This document shows, piece after piece, positions 29,989 through 40,002 of a DNA stretch of 64,000 nucleotides. Position numbers and translations under genes: made by a program. How positions within the stretch are numbered: the stretch's first letter is position 1; the number at the start of each line of letters is the position of its first letter. Under the pieces are notes generated by a model. That model was not told where the DNA came from. It saw only the letters and a list, made by a program, of their open reading frames with translations, and searched no databases. This DNA comes from Clostridia bacterium (GTDB lineage Bacteria > Bacillota > Clostridia > TANB77 > UBA1234), in contig JAFTQC010000032.1 of NCBI GenBank assembly GCA_017462965.1, positions 138,026 to 202,025 on the forward strand. The letters run 5' to 3'.

Positions 29989-31266
29989 ATGAAAAACTCT
30001 AGAGGTATATCTGTTTTGGCGCTTGTTATAACGGTAATTGTAATGATTATTATTACTTCGATTACTGTGTATAATGGTGTTACGGTAATTGCTGATGCGA
30101 GAAAGAAGGATGCGACGGATAAGCTTTCAACTATTTGTAGTTCGCTTAGAAAAGATGATAGCTTTTTGGCTTTTGTAAGTGGGGAAACTATTTTAACAGA
30201 ACAAGATTATATGGCGTTGGATTTGAGAGAATTTTATGATGAAGACTATCCGGTTCTTTTAACAAAGAATTTTTCTGATACTAAAACAAGTAAAGTAACA
30301 ACATATCGTTTGGATATGTACGATAGTTCTGAGATGACGGATGTGTATACTTCTCAAGAATTTTCAATTGAAAAGTCGCTTGAGAAAAATGTTTATGAAG
30401 CAACTTTTGATGAGCTGCGTGGTGTTAACAGACCTATTTTGTTTGATAATATGCATGCGCTTACAACCGACATGAGTGCTTTAGTTGAGGATGTGTATGA
30501 GGATACATGGTATAATTATAATCCTTCAGCTCCTTCGTTTGCAAAAATGAAGTATGATACAAACGGAGATGGAAGTATAGAGGATGAAACCATTACTTAT
30601 GCATGGATTCCACGCTTTGCATATTCAATTCAAGAGTATTATGATGGTCTAAATAATCCACTTAGACCATTTACGAAAGTTCCAAGTACTGCTATTAAAA
30701 TTGTATTTTTGCGTGAAAATTCAAATTATATGATTAATAACGAAACATTACCTTCAGGGTATATAATTCATCCTGCTTTTAGAAGTGCAGATACTGAAAA
30801 GCCAGGCATTTGGGTTGCAATAGATTCTTCTATTAATGAGACTACATTTTCTAGTGCTGTTAGCATCTGCAGTAATATTGTTGGTACGAATGCTGATCTT
30901 TCAAGTCATCTTATGACAAATTCTGAATTTTCAGCGGCGCTTTATTTGATGTATGCTTTCAATTGCTTGGATGAAATTGATTTTACAAAATATGACGAAT
31001 ATGTTGCTGCAGGTTCGGCAAATAATTCGACTTTAAAGAGTTTGGAGTTTGCAGATTTGTATGCTAAAGATGCTGATTCGGATACAGGAATTGTTGACAA
31101 AAACGGAGATGCAATGACAGAAACGAATTGGGATAGATACACGGGTATTTTCCCAGTAAGTCAATCTAATATTGTTGTAAGATTATTAGAATCAGGATAT
31201 TTTAATTTTGATGTAGCAAGTACATCAGAGCTAAACCATTATAGATCTGTAATTGTTACGAGATAG
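29989..31266 (+). CDS. Secreted or anchored hypothetical protein. Its N-terminus (RGISVLALVITV) is prepilin-like but has Ala at +5.
   Basis: RBS ggtggagg 10 nt before the ATG at 29989. Confidence 0.5.
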   Translation: MKNSRGISVLALVITVIVMIIITSITVYNGVTVIADARKKDATDKLSTICSSLRKDDSFLAFVSGETILTEQDYMALDLREFYDEDYPVLLTKNFSDTKTSKVTTYRLDMYDSSEMTDVYTSQEFSIEKSLEKNVYEATFDELRGVNRPILFDNMHALTTDMSALVEDVYEDTWYNYNPSAPSFAKMKYDTNGDGSIEDETITYAWIPRFAYSIQEYYDGLNNPLRPFTKVPSTAIKIVFLRENSNYMINNETLPSGYIIHPAFRSADTEKPGIWVAIDSSINETTFSSAVSICSNIVGTNADLSSHLMTNSEFSAALYLMYAFNCLDEIDFTKYDEYVAAGSANNSTLKSLEFADLYAKDADSDTGIVDKNGDAMTETNWDRYTGIFPVSQSNIVVRLLESGYFNFDVASTSELNHYRSVIVTR

Positions 31267-31275
31267 GGACGGTGT

Positions 31276-31836
31276 ATGAATTTGAATGATACGTCTTTGA
31301 TGAAAAAAATAAGAGAACTTTTTTTGTATTTCATTTTATATTCTATGATAGGATGGATATACGAGGTCGTTTTGGAAGTATTCATTTATAAATGGGGATT
31401 TTCAAATAGAGGAGTGCTGTTTGGCCCTTATTGTCCAGTGTATGGATTTGGGGTATTAGCGTTTTTCTTTACGATATATCCTCTTATAAAGGATAAATCT
31501 TGGAAGAAAAAATTGCTTTATATTCCGGTAGTATTTTTAGGTTGTATGCTTGTTGCAACTGCTATTGAACTTGTAACGTCATATATATGTGAACTATTCA
31601 TGGGCTCATGGCCTTGGCAAACATATGCCAGAGACTATGTGTATCATTTTCAGGGTAGAATAGCGCTTAGTCCAAGTATTAGATTTGGACTTGGAGGAAC
31701 ATTCTTTTTATACGTATTACAACCATTATTTGAGAAGCTTACAAAAAACATGAGTTCTAAAGTGTTAAATATTGTAACTAATATATTAGCAGTAATAATA
31801 GGTGTGGACGTAATATACACATTTTTAATTAAATAA
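31276..31836 (+). CDS. Small polytopic membrane protein (DUF1113 / putative ABC-transporter type IV-like).
   Basis: Hydrophobic profile and YSMIGWIYEV motif. Confidence 0.45.
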   Translation: MNLNDTSLMKKIRELFLYFILYSMIGWIYEVVLEVFIYKWGFSNRGVLFGPYCPVYGFGVLAFFFTIYPLIKDKSWKKKLLYIPVVFLGCMLVATAIELVTSYICELFMGSWPWQTYARDYVYHFQGRIALSPSIRFGLGGTFFLYVLQPLFEKLTKNMSSKVLNIVTNILAVIIGVDVIYTFLIK

Positions 31837-31884
31837 AATTAGAAAAAGACAAAGGGAAAAAACCTTTGTCTTTTTTAGCAAGAG

Positions 31885-32175
31885 TTATCAAGAGGGACGC
31901 CCCTTTTTGAAAAAAAATTCATCAAGAGGGACACTCCTTGATTAAATTGATTAGTATAAGAAGAAAGTATTCCTTTCAAGCTTTAAACAGAATATTTATA
32001 TTACATATATGATTTAATACAAATGAGAAATTAGCAACAAAAACAATACTTTTTGTATTGAATAAAATTAGTTGAAGTAAGCTAAAAAAGTGACTTTTAC
32101 TGATAAATATTTTTTCTCAAAAAGGGCTGTCCCTTTTGATGAATTTTTTCTCAAAAAGGGGCGTCCCTCTTGATA
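31885..32175. repeat. Cluster of H1 hairpins (caagagggacgcccctttt) plus a degenerate ~40 bp fragment of the MITE core (aatgagaaattagcaacaaaaacaatactttttgtattg) at about 32022-32060.
   Basis: By eye against the cores of copies A and B. Confidence 0.55.
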
Positions 32176-32332
32176 ATTTTTTGTAAAAAATGGTATATTT
32201 GTATGCTTTTGAAATATGTATATTGGGTGAAAAACTTGCAAATGAGCTTGGTTAATTGTAGAATAATGATGGATATTGTCGACTTAAAGATTGATTTAGT
32301 TGATGGATATTAGTTTGGAGGAAATTAAGATT

Positions 32333-35300
32333 ATGAAAAAAGTGTTAAATGTTGGTTTAGACATTGGTTCAACAACGGTTAAGGTTGTTGTTTTAGATGA
32401 AAATGAAAAAGTTTTGTATTCATCATATAGAAGACATTTTTCTGATACTAAAACTGCGGTGTATAATCTTTTAGTTGAGGTTGTTCAGAAATATAAGGAT
32501 TATTCGTACAAGGTTTGTTTTACTGGTTCAGGAAGTATGTCTATTGCTAAAGTTTTAAATTGTAAGTTTATTCAAGAAGTTATTGCATGTAAAAATGCGG
32601 TTAAAAAGTATATTCCGGAGACGGATGTTGCAATAGAGCTTGGTGGAGAAGATGCGAAAATAATTTATTTTGATAAGTTTATTGAACAAAGAATGAATGG
32701 TAGTTGTGCTGGTGGTACAGGTGCTTTCTTGGATCAAATGGCTACGCTTTTAAATACGGATCCATCTGGTTTAAATGAACTTGCAAAGGATTTTAAGATT
32801 ATTTATCCGATTGCATCTAGATGTGGTGTTTTTGCTAAAACGGATGTACAACCACTTATAAATGAAGGTGCAAGTCGTGCAGATCTTGCAGTTTCTATTT
32901 TACAAGCCGTTGTAAATCAAACTATTAGTGGACTTGCTTGCGGTAGACCTATTAGAGGGAAGGTTGCTTTCCTTGGCGGACCACTTACATATTTGCCTGA
33001 ACTTAGAAATAGATTTATTGCTACTTTAAATATGAAAGATGAAGATGTAATTGTTCCAGAAGAAGGACATTTGCTTGTAGCTAAAGGAGCTGCGCTTGAT
33101 GCTGTTTCTGAAGCGGAAATTTCTTCAGCAAAGTTTTCTGAATATCTTGAAATTTTAAAAGAGTATAAAGGTGATGAAAACCCAGCGTTACCACCATTGT
33201 TTAATACAATTGCGGAACTATCTGAATTTAAAAAGAGACATGCTAAGTTTAAAGCTCCAAGAGCAAAGTTAGAAGGGTATTCTGGAAATGTATTTCTTGG
33301 AATTGATGCGGGTTCTACAACGTCAAAACTTGTTTTGATTGATGATAGGGGATGCATTTTGTACTCTGCATACAGAAGTAATGAGGGTAGTCCTTTGAAT
33401 ACAGTTTCAGAGATGATTAAGGATGTTTATCAATCATTACCAAAGAAGGCTAAAATTAAACTTGTTGGTACAACTGGTTATGGAGAAAATCTAATAAAGA
33501 CAGCTATTAATGCAGATATAAGCGAAATTGAAACAATTGCTCATACGAGAGCTGCAAATCATTTTATGCCAAATGTTGAGTCTATCGTAGACATAGGCGG
33601 TCAAGACATGAAGTATATAAGACTTAAAGAAAGTACAATTGATAACATTATGCTTAATGAAGCTTGTTCATCAGGATGTGGATCTTTCTTACAAACTTTT
33701 GCTAGTAATTTAAACATTTCATTAGATGATTTTGTTAGAGAGGCAATTCTTGCGAAGACCCCTGTTGATTTGGGTTCAAGATGTACAGTTTTCATGAATT
33801 CAAAGATTAAACAGGCTCAAAAAGAAGGTGCGAATGTAGGCGATATTTCTGCGGGACTTTCTTATTCAGTTGTAAAAAATGCACTTCAAAAAGTTATGAA
33901 GATTCGTGATACAAGCAAGCTTGGTGACCATATAATTGTTCAAGGTGGAACATTTTCGAATGATGCAGTTTTAAGAGCTTTTGAATTGATAGTAGGGAAA
34001 AATGTTATAAGACCAGATATATCTGGACTTATGGGTGCATATGGAATGGCGCTTCTTTGTAAAGATAAATATAAATCTTCAAAGAGAATTGCTGACGAAA
34101 AATCTAGTATGCTTTCTTATGATGAACTTAAGAATTTAACTTTCAAAACTTCGCATGTTAGATGTCAAAATTGCGAGAATCATTGTTTACTTTCAATTAA
34201 CAAATTTAGCAATGGTAAGAGTTTAGTTACTGGTAACAGATGTGAAAAGGGTGCAGGTAATACTACATCTAAGAACAACAATTCGTTACCTAACTTATAT
34301 AAATACAAATATGAAAGAACTTTCGACTATGTTCCGTTAAAGGAAGAGGATGCTAAAAGAGGAAAGATTGGTATCCCAAGGGTTCTTAATATGTATGAGA
34401 ATTATCCATTCTGGCATACGTTTTTTACAGAGCTTAAATTTAGTGTTGTTCTTTCTGAAAAGACAAGTAGAAAAACTTATGAAAAAGGCATGGAATCGAT
34501 ACCTTCAGAGTCAGTATGTTATCCTGCAAAGATTACGCATGGACATATAATGAGTTTAATTGATCAAGGTGTAGATACAATTTTCTATCCATGTATTCCT
34601 TTTGAAAGAATAGAGCAAAAGAATGCGGAGAATCACTATAATTGTCCGATTGTAATTTCGTATTCTGAAGTTATTAAAAATAATGTTGAAGACTTGTCTG
34701 AGAAGAAAATTAAATTTATGAATCCATTCTTGCCTTTTGAAACTAAAGCGTTAGTTGAGGTAATATACGGACTTGAAGAGTTTAAAGAATATAATTTGAA
34801 GAAATCGGAGATTGCTAGAGCGGCGAAAAAAGCGCAAGAGGAATATAATAGATATAGAAATGATATTCAGAAGAAGGGTGAAGAAACCTTAAAATATTTG
34901 GAAGAAAACAATATTAAAGGCATTGTTTTATCTGGAAGACCATATCACATTGACGGAGAAATTAATCATGGTATTGATACGATGATTACGGGACTTGGAA
35001 TGGCAGTACTTACTGAAGATTCAGTTGCACATTTGAGTGAACTTGAAAGACCGCTTAGAGTTGTTGATCAATGGATGTATCATTCAAGACTATATGCTGC
35101 AGCTGATTTAGTTGGAAGAAAAGATAATTTAGAGCTTGTTCAACTTAATTCATTTGGATGTGGAATTGATGCTGTTACAACAGATCAAGTTGAAGAAATT
35201 TTAACAAGCTTTGGCAAGATGTATACACTTATAAAAATTGATGAGGTAAATAATCTTGGTGCAATTAGAATTAGAATAAGATCGCTTCTTGCTGCTATGA

Positions 35301-36646
35301 AAAAGCGTGAAGAAGAAGGAACTTGTCCAATTTCTAAGGCGCCTACATATACAGTTAATAAAGTTCCTTTCACCAAGAAAATGAAAGAAACTCATACGAT
35401 TCTTTGTCCACAGCTTTCACCAGTTCATTTTGAATTTTTGGAAGCAGCTATGGATAGCTCAGGATATAAATTAAAATTACTTCGCGAATGCACAGAAAAA
35501 ACTGTTGAAGTTGGATTGAAATATGTTAATAACGATGCATGTTATCCATCGCTTCTTGTAATTGGACAATTAATCGAAGCATTGCAATCAGGCGAGTATG
35601 ATTTGGATACTACTGCTGTAATTATTTCACAAACTGGCGGCGGATGTAGAGCTACAAACTACATAGGATTCTTAAGAAAAGCACTTGCTGATGCAGGATT
35701 CCCAAATGTTCCTGTAATATCATTTAACTTTGCAGGACTTGAAAAGATGCCAGGCTTCAAGATTACGTTAAGTATGGCCTCAAAGCTTATAAGAGCCGTT
35801 ATTTTCGGAGATTTATTAAGCAGACTATTATTACGCAATCGTCCATATGAAATGAATAAAGGCGAATCTAACGCGTTATATGAGAAGTGGGTAAAACGCG
35901 GAAGAGATGTAATTAGAAGTGGTCATGGTGAAGAATATAAAACAGCAATCCAAGAGATGGTTAATGACTTTGATAAGATAAAGATTACAAATGACGTTAA
36001 ACCTAAAGTTGGTGTTGTTGGAGAAATATTGATTAAATATCATCCTTTTGGAAATCACAAAGTTGTGGAACAACTTGAAGCAGAAGGTGCAGAAGTTGTA
36101 CTTCCTGATTTTATGGGATTCATTAAATTCGTTGCTACAAGTAAAATTAACATTAGTGACCTTATGAAAATAGGAAAATTCAAAGGATATATTTCAAGAA
36201 AAGTAATTGACTTACTTGATGCGCAAGAAGTATATGTAAGAGAAGTTTTGGAAAAAGCTAAAAAATCATATAGAGAGCCATGTGACATTTGGAAACTTAG
36301 AGATAGAGTTGGGGAAATTTTATCGATAGGTAACCAAACAGGTGAAGGTTGGTTCTTGACAGCAGAAATGCTAGAACTTATAAAAGATGATGTTCCAAAC
36401 ATTGTTTGTGTTCAACCATTCGCGTGCCTTCCAAACCATGTTGTTGGTAAAGGTGTTATAAAATCAATAAGAGAGCATTATCCAAAAGCAAACATTGTTG
36501 CGGTTGACTATGATCCAGGTGCAAGTGAAGCAAACCAAACAAATCGTATAAAACTGCTTATGTCAGTAGCCAGGGATCAAATGGAGGAAACAGCTTCAAA
36601 CAAGAAAAAAGCAAAAGGAAAAACTAAAATTAAAGCAGCAAAATAA
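32333..36646 (+). CDS. Giant fused CoA-substrate-specific enzyme activase (two BadF/BcrA/HgdC-type ATPase modules) and 2-hydroxyacyl-CoA dehydratase HgdB-like component, about 1437 aa.
   Basis: Repeated GIDAGSTTSK and LDIGSTTVK ASKHA motifs, and a Cys-rich middle segment. RBS ggagga before the ATG at 32333. Confidence 0.75.
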   Translation: MKKVLNVGLDIGSTTVKVVVLDENEKVLYSSYRRHFSDTKTAVYNLLVEVVQKYKDYSYKVCFTGSGSMSIAKVLNCKFIQEVIACKNAVKKYIPETDVAIELGGEDAKIIYFDKFIEQRMNGSCAGGTGAFLDQMATLLNTDPSGLNELAKDFKIIYPIASRCGVFAKTDVQPLINEGASRADLAVSILQAVVNQTISGLACGRPIRGKVAFLGGPLTYLPELRNRFIATLNMKDEDVIVPEEGHLLVAKGAALDAVSEAEISSAKFSEYLEILKEYKGDENPALPPLFNTIAELSEFKKRHAKFKAPRAKLEGYSGNVFLGIDAGSTTSKLVLIDDRGCILYSAYRSNEGSPLNTVSEMIKDVYQSLPKKAKIKLVGTTGYGENLIKTAINADISEIETIAHTRAANHFMPNVESIVDIGGQDMKYIRLKESTIDNIMLNEACSSGCGSFLQTFASNLNISLDDFVREAILAKTPVDLGSRCTVFMNSKIKQAQKEGANVGDISAGLSYSVVKNALQKVMKIRDTSKLGDHIIVQGGTFSNDAVLRAFELIVGKNVIRPDISGLMGAYGMALLCKDKYKSSKRIADEKSSMLSYDELKNLTFKTSHVRCQNCENHCLLSINKFSNGKSLVTGNRCEKGAGNTTSKNNNSLPNLYKYKYERTFDYVPLKEEDAKRGKIGIPRVLNMYENYPFWHTFFTELKFSVVLSEKTSRKTYEKGMESIPSESVCYPAKITHGHIMSLIDQGVDTIFYPCIPFERIEQKNAENHYNCPIVISYSEVIKNNVEDLSEKKIKFMNPFLPFETKALVEVIYGLEEFKEYNLKKSEIARAAKKAQEEYNRYRNDIQKKGEETLKYLEENNIKGIVLSGRPYHIDGEINHGIDTMITGLGMAVLTEDSVAHLSELERPLRVVDQWMYHSRLYAAADLVGRKDNLELVQLNSFGCGIDAVTTDQVEEILTSFGKMYTLIKIDEVNNLGAIRIRIRSLLAAMKKREEEGTCPISKAPTYTVNKVPFTKKMKETHTILCPQLSPVHFEFLEAAMDSSGYKLKLLRECTEKTVEVGLKYVNNDACYPSLLVIGQLIEALQSGEYDLDTTAVIISQTGGGCRATNYIGFLRKALADAGFPNVPVISFNFAGLEKMPGFKITLSMASKLIRAVIFGDLLSRLLLRNRPYEMNKGESNALYEKWVKRGRDVIRSGHGEEYKTAIQEMVNDFDKIKITNDVKPKVGVVGEILIKYHPFGNHKVVEQLEAEGAEVVLPDFMGFIKFVATSKINISDLMKIGKFKGYISRKVIDLLDAQEVYVREVLEKAKKSYREPCDIWKLRDRVGEILSIGNQTGEGWFLTAEMLELIKDDVPNIVCVQPFACLPNHVVGKGVIKSIREHYPKANIVAVDYDPGASEANQTNRIKLLMSVARDQMEETASNKKKAKGKTKIKAAK

Positions 36647-36650
36647 AATT

Positions 36651-36737
36651 TGGAAAAGAGAACCGTCCCAAATTCCAATTTGGAAATTAGGACGGTTCCG
36701 TTTTCCAAAAAAGGACAAAAGCCCCGTCCCTTTGTCC
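36651..36737. repeat. Core-less MITE derivative: a right-type TIR is directly followed by a left-type TIR forming a ~26 bp stem, then an H2 hairpin and a T-run. It acts as the terminator of the 32333 gene.
   Basis: tggaaaagagaaccgtcccaaattccaa + ttggaaattaggacggttccgttttccaa + ggacaaaagccccgtccctttgtcc tttttttt. Confidence 0.75.
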
Positions 36738-36796
36738 TTTTTTTTATTGCATAAATTCTTTTACAAATTCATATAATTGGATTTGAGGAGGGGGCT

Positions 36797-37534
36797 ATGA
36801 TTGTTTTTACGAAAAAGGATTTGATGTTTTATTCTTTTATGTTTGTGATTTTGGTGATTTCAATAGTTATGCCGATAACAGTAGATGGATTTCATGATAC
36901 CGTGATTGATGCAACTGCGAATCTGGAGCAAGTGACAATAGTGGTGGATGCTGGGCATGGTGAACCTGATGGAGGGGCTGTTTCGGCAAATGGAGTAAAA
37001 GAGAGCGATTTGAATCTTATGATTGCTAAAAAGTTAAGAGATAAGTTGAAAGAAGAGAATTTTAATGTTGTAATGACTAGAGAAAATGAGAATAATGTAG
37101 CAGATTCGACGATGCAAAATAGTAGCATCAGAGAGATTAAAACTGCGGATTTAAATAATAGAGTGAAAATTGCAAATGGGAGTGATGCTCTTTTACTTGT
37201 GTCTATACATATGAACAAATTTCAGGATTCTAAGTATAGGGGATGGCAAACTTTTTATTCTCAAAATTCTGAAAAGGGGAAGTTATTAGCTGAGAGTATT
37301 CAAGAATCGATAAAAGAAAGCGTAGAAATAGAAAATAATAGAACAGCGTTGAAGATTGATGGAATAAAAATAATAGACAAATCAACTATTCCGGCGGTGA
37401 TAGTGGAATGTGGTTTTTTATCAAATCCAGAAGAGTGTGCATTATTGCAAAATGATGAATATCAAGAGAAACTTGCTGAAGGAATAAAAAGTGGAATAGA
37501 AAAATATTTGAGTAAGATGAAAGCGAGTACTTAG
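36797..37534 (+). CDS. N-acetylmuramoyl-L-alanine amidase (Amidase_3, CwlD-like) with an N-terminal TM segment.
   Basis: VVDAGHGEPDGGA..MTRENE..SIHMN motifs. A terminator hairpin lies at 37536-37560. Confidence 0.8.
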   Translation: MIVFTKKDLMFYSFMFVILVISIVMPITVDGFHDTVIDATANLEQVTIVVDAGHGEPDGGAVSANGVKESDLNLMIAKKLRDKLKEENFNVVMTRENENNVADSTMQNSSIREIKTADLNNRVKIANGSDALLLVSIHMNKFQDSKYRGWQTFYSQNSEKGKLLAESIQESIKESVEIENNRTALKIDGIKIIDKSTIPAVIVECGFLSNPEECALLQNDEYQEKLAEGIKSGIEKYLSKMKAST

Positions 37535-37565
37535 TGTAAGTACTCGCTTTTGATGATTTTTTGGA

Positions 37566-38174
37566 TTACTGGGCGGAAACGTCTTCCAGGTACCAGGCTA
37601 CAGAATCCTTGATTCTTTGATAGCTCTTTTCATTGATGAGCGGATATCCGTCACCTGTGTAAAGCAGCCACACGTCGCCATACAAATCAATCTTGAAGTT
37701 ACCAATCAGAGCAGAAGTGCCGGTGATTGCAACTCCATCACCAATTTCGTGAGGATAGAAGTTGATTGCGACGTCTGTTGCTTCAAGATTTCTGTTGACG
37801 TAGAGAATTACATTCATGAGATGGACCCAAGTTTCCTTGGTAGAAATCGAATAGTTGTATTCTTCAACGATTTTTTTGAGCCTTTGGTAACTGATCATGT
37901 TGATGTTGTCAGGATTATATGCAAACGTTGCACCGGAAAGAAGTTGACCTTGATTTTCTGTATCCCATTTGACACAAATTGCAAATGGCACATTGTTTTC
38001 GTCCCGGATGAGCGTGGGGATAATCCCAATTTCGTCTTCGAGATAGCCCATTGCCTGATCGAGAGGAATGCTTACGATTTCTTCCGTAAAATCTTCTGCA
38101 CTTGCAGGAATGGTTGTGAAAACCAAAGAGAGGAGGAGCATGATGCAAAGGGCAAATTTGGAGTTTCGAGTCAT
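37566..38174 (-). CDS. 202-aa secreted hypothetical protein with a signal peptide, about 50% GC.
   Basis: Signal peptide ...IPASA. Its promoter is at 38235-38264. A long antisense shadow ORF overlaps it. Confidence 0.55.
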   Translation of the reverse strand: MTRNSKFALCIMLLLSLVFTTIPASAEDFTEEIVSIPLDQAMGYLEDEIGIIPTLIRDENNVPFAICVKWDTENQGQLLSGATFAYNPDNINMISYQRLKKIVEEYNYSISTKETWVHLMNVILYVNRNLEATDVAINFYPHEIGDGVAITGTSALIGNFKIDLYGDVWLLYTGDGYPLINEKSYQRIKDSVAWYLEDVSAQ

Positions 38175-38234
38175 TTTGACACGTCCTTTCTTGTCGGTGA
38201 GTTAACTTGTGCAAGTGTCCATGAAAAAATTAAG

Positions 38235-38264
38235 ACACAAGAATATTATACCATTTTGTTGCAA
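38235..38264 (-). promoter_or_regulatory. Consensus promoter TTGACA-18-TGgTATAAT (minus strand) for the 37566-38174 gene.
   Basis: About 85% identical over 40 bp to the minus-strand promoter at 47579-47607. Confidence 0.55.
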
Positions 38265-38277
38265 TTTATGTCAACTA

Positions 38278-38923
38278 CTAGTGACTTATAAGAAAAGTTA
38301 AGAAAAGCATATGCAGAGGATAAAAAGCATAAAATAGATATTTTATATTTTTCCCTTTTTGACCATTATATAGGCATATTGGAATTAATGCTAATATAGC
38401 TGGAATGTTGAAGCCACTGCTACACACGTGGCAGTAGAATAGCAATAATATTGCATATCCAATAGAATGAAGGAATTTGGAATCCTTAAATATATAGAAA
38501 ATGATGATTGCAAGGAATCCATAGAAAGAATAATCCATTGGAACTATCCATGAGATGCCAAATAAAATAAATAAAAGTGGCATTTTAATTGCAGGATGCT
38601 TGATTTTGTCGATAACATATAGAGCTAATAATCCAGTTGTTAAGGTAGCACCTACATTTAGTTTGAATGCTGTTCCTGGTGCAGCAGCATTTAAAAATAA
38701 ATCATATGGTATTTGCGAAATTATTGTAAAAATAAGCATTCTAATAATATATTTTTCTTTACTTTTTGTATGTGAAAATCCATTTGCGATTTGAAATGCA
38801 AAAATAGGGAAGGCAAGTCTACCGAATCTGCCTAAAAATAGGATATTCTTTAAAAAGTCCAAATCCTATGTGATCTATAAACATTGTAATAATTGCAAGA
38901 ATTTTTAAACCAAATGAAGTCAT
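38278..38923 (-). pseudogene. TraX-family membrane protein with an apparent frameshift between the N-terminal 34 codons (MTSFGLKILAIITMFIDHIGFG...) and the main ORF (..GRLAFPIFAFQIANGF..).
   Basis: ATG at 38923 with RBS ggagg. That frame stops at 38819-38821, and the main frame restarts with TTG at 38862. Confidence 0.55.
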
Positions 38924-39033
38924 AGTCAAGTACCTCCTAACATAGTATTTTAGCACTTGCTGAAGAAGAATAGAAGAATATTATTTTATTTTTATATAAA
39001 GAAAGAGAGCCTTGTAAGGCTCTCTTTTTGTGG

Positions 39034-39660
39034 TCAGTCTACCATCTCCTGCTGATAGGACTCTTCAATGCACTGAACAAATTCCTCGTTCAGCATGAAG
39101 ATGTTGTCCTTTGCCCAGCAGAAATCGCCGTGCGAAGCGAAGCGGTAGAAGATTCCTTCAGCGGTAGGAATCCGGAAGGCAAGATGATTGTTAATCATCG
39201 CTACATCCAGTTCCACCTGGAATTTTTCCTCAAACTGCTTAAATGCTTCAGCGATATTTACGTAGCGTTCGTCGCCATCGATGATATACGCCACGTCTTC
39301 AGCGACTTGCTCTTCACAGACCAAGGATTCGTCACGACGATCGTACTTGTCTTTCAACGCAAACGCGGTGGACGGCTTAAGTCCGATGCAGTTCGCGACG
39401 TTTCTGCTTTCATCGTAAATGAAGAACAGGTCATCTTTACGGATAAGTTCCGTGTGGAAGCTTTCCGCGTCGCTGTTATAGCAGCAAAGGAGCAGGTGGC
39501 CATGAGCGTCGAGCTCCAAGGACCAGTCTTCGTCGCCGAAGATGTTTTTCATGAGTTCATCCCCAAAGGGAAATTCCTCGCTTGCCAGGGCAGCAGTGGG
39601 GGTGAAGGTCAGAGTCGCGGTCAGGATTGCGGTCAGGATCATAGCAAAAAACTTCTTCAT
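39034..39660 (-). CDS. 208-aa secreted hypothetical protein with a signal peptide, about 48-50% GC.
   Basis: RBS aagaggag before the ATG. Promoter candidate TTGACA-17-TGgTAAACT at about 39854-39890 (minus), giving a ~190 nt leader. Confidence 0.55.
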   Translation of the reverse strand: MKKFFAMILTAILTATLTFTPTAALASEEFPFGDELMKNIFGDEDWSLELDAHGHLLLCCYNSDAESFHTELIRKDDLFFIYDESRNVANCIGLKPSTAFALKDKYDRRDESLVCEEQVAEDVAYIIDGDERYVNIAEAFKQFEEKFQVELDVAMINNHLAFRIPTAEGIFYRFASHGDFCWAKDNIFMLNEEFVQCIEESYQQEMVD

Positions 39661-39894
39661 GATAATTCTCCTCTTGATGATGTAGTTGAGCGGGATACGG
39701 TCTATTGGTCAATGTTGCGTCATCTCATAAGGCAACTCCTTCTTGATACGTACGACTGAGCACGCTTTGGTTGCATGAAAAAAGCATGCATACCGCAGAG
39801 AACATTAAGTTGAGTCAGTCAATCTCACAAAAGTTCCTGCGTGTTGTTAAAAAACACAATTATAGTTTACCACTTTTTGTATATTATGTCAACG

Positions 39895-39955
39895 TTCGAA
39901 GGGCGTCCCTCTTGATGATTTTTTTATCAAAAAGGGGCGTCCCTCTTGCTAGTTT
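39895..39955. repeat. Pair of H1 hairpins (gggcgtccctcttga ... aaaaggggcgtccctcttgc).
   Basis: Same unit as at 2795, 12796 and 31885. Confidence 0.6.
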
Positions 39956-40002
39956 TGGCGATTTTTGGTATATTATTATGTGGTTAAAGGAGGGCTTATA
40001 TA

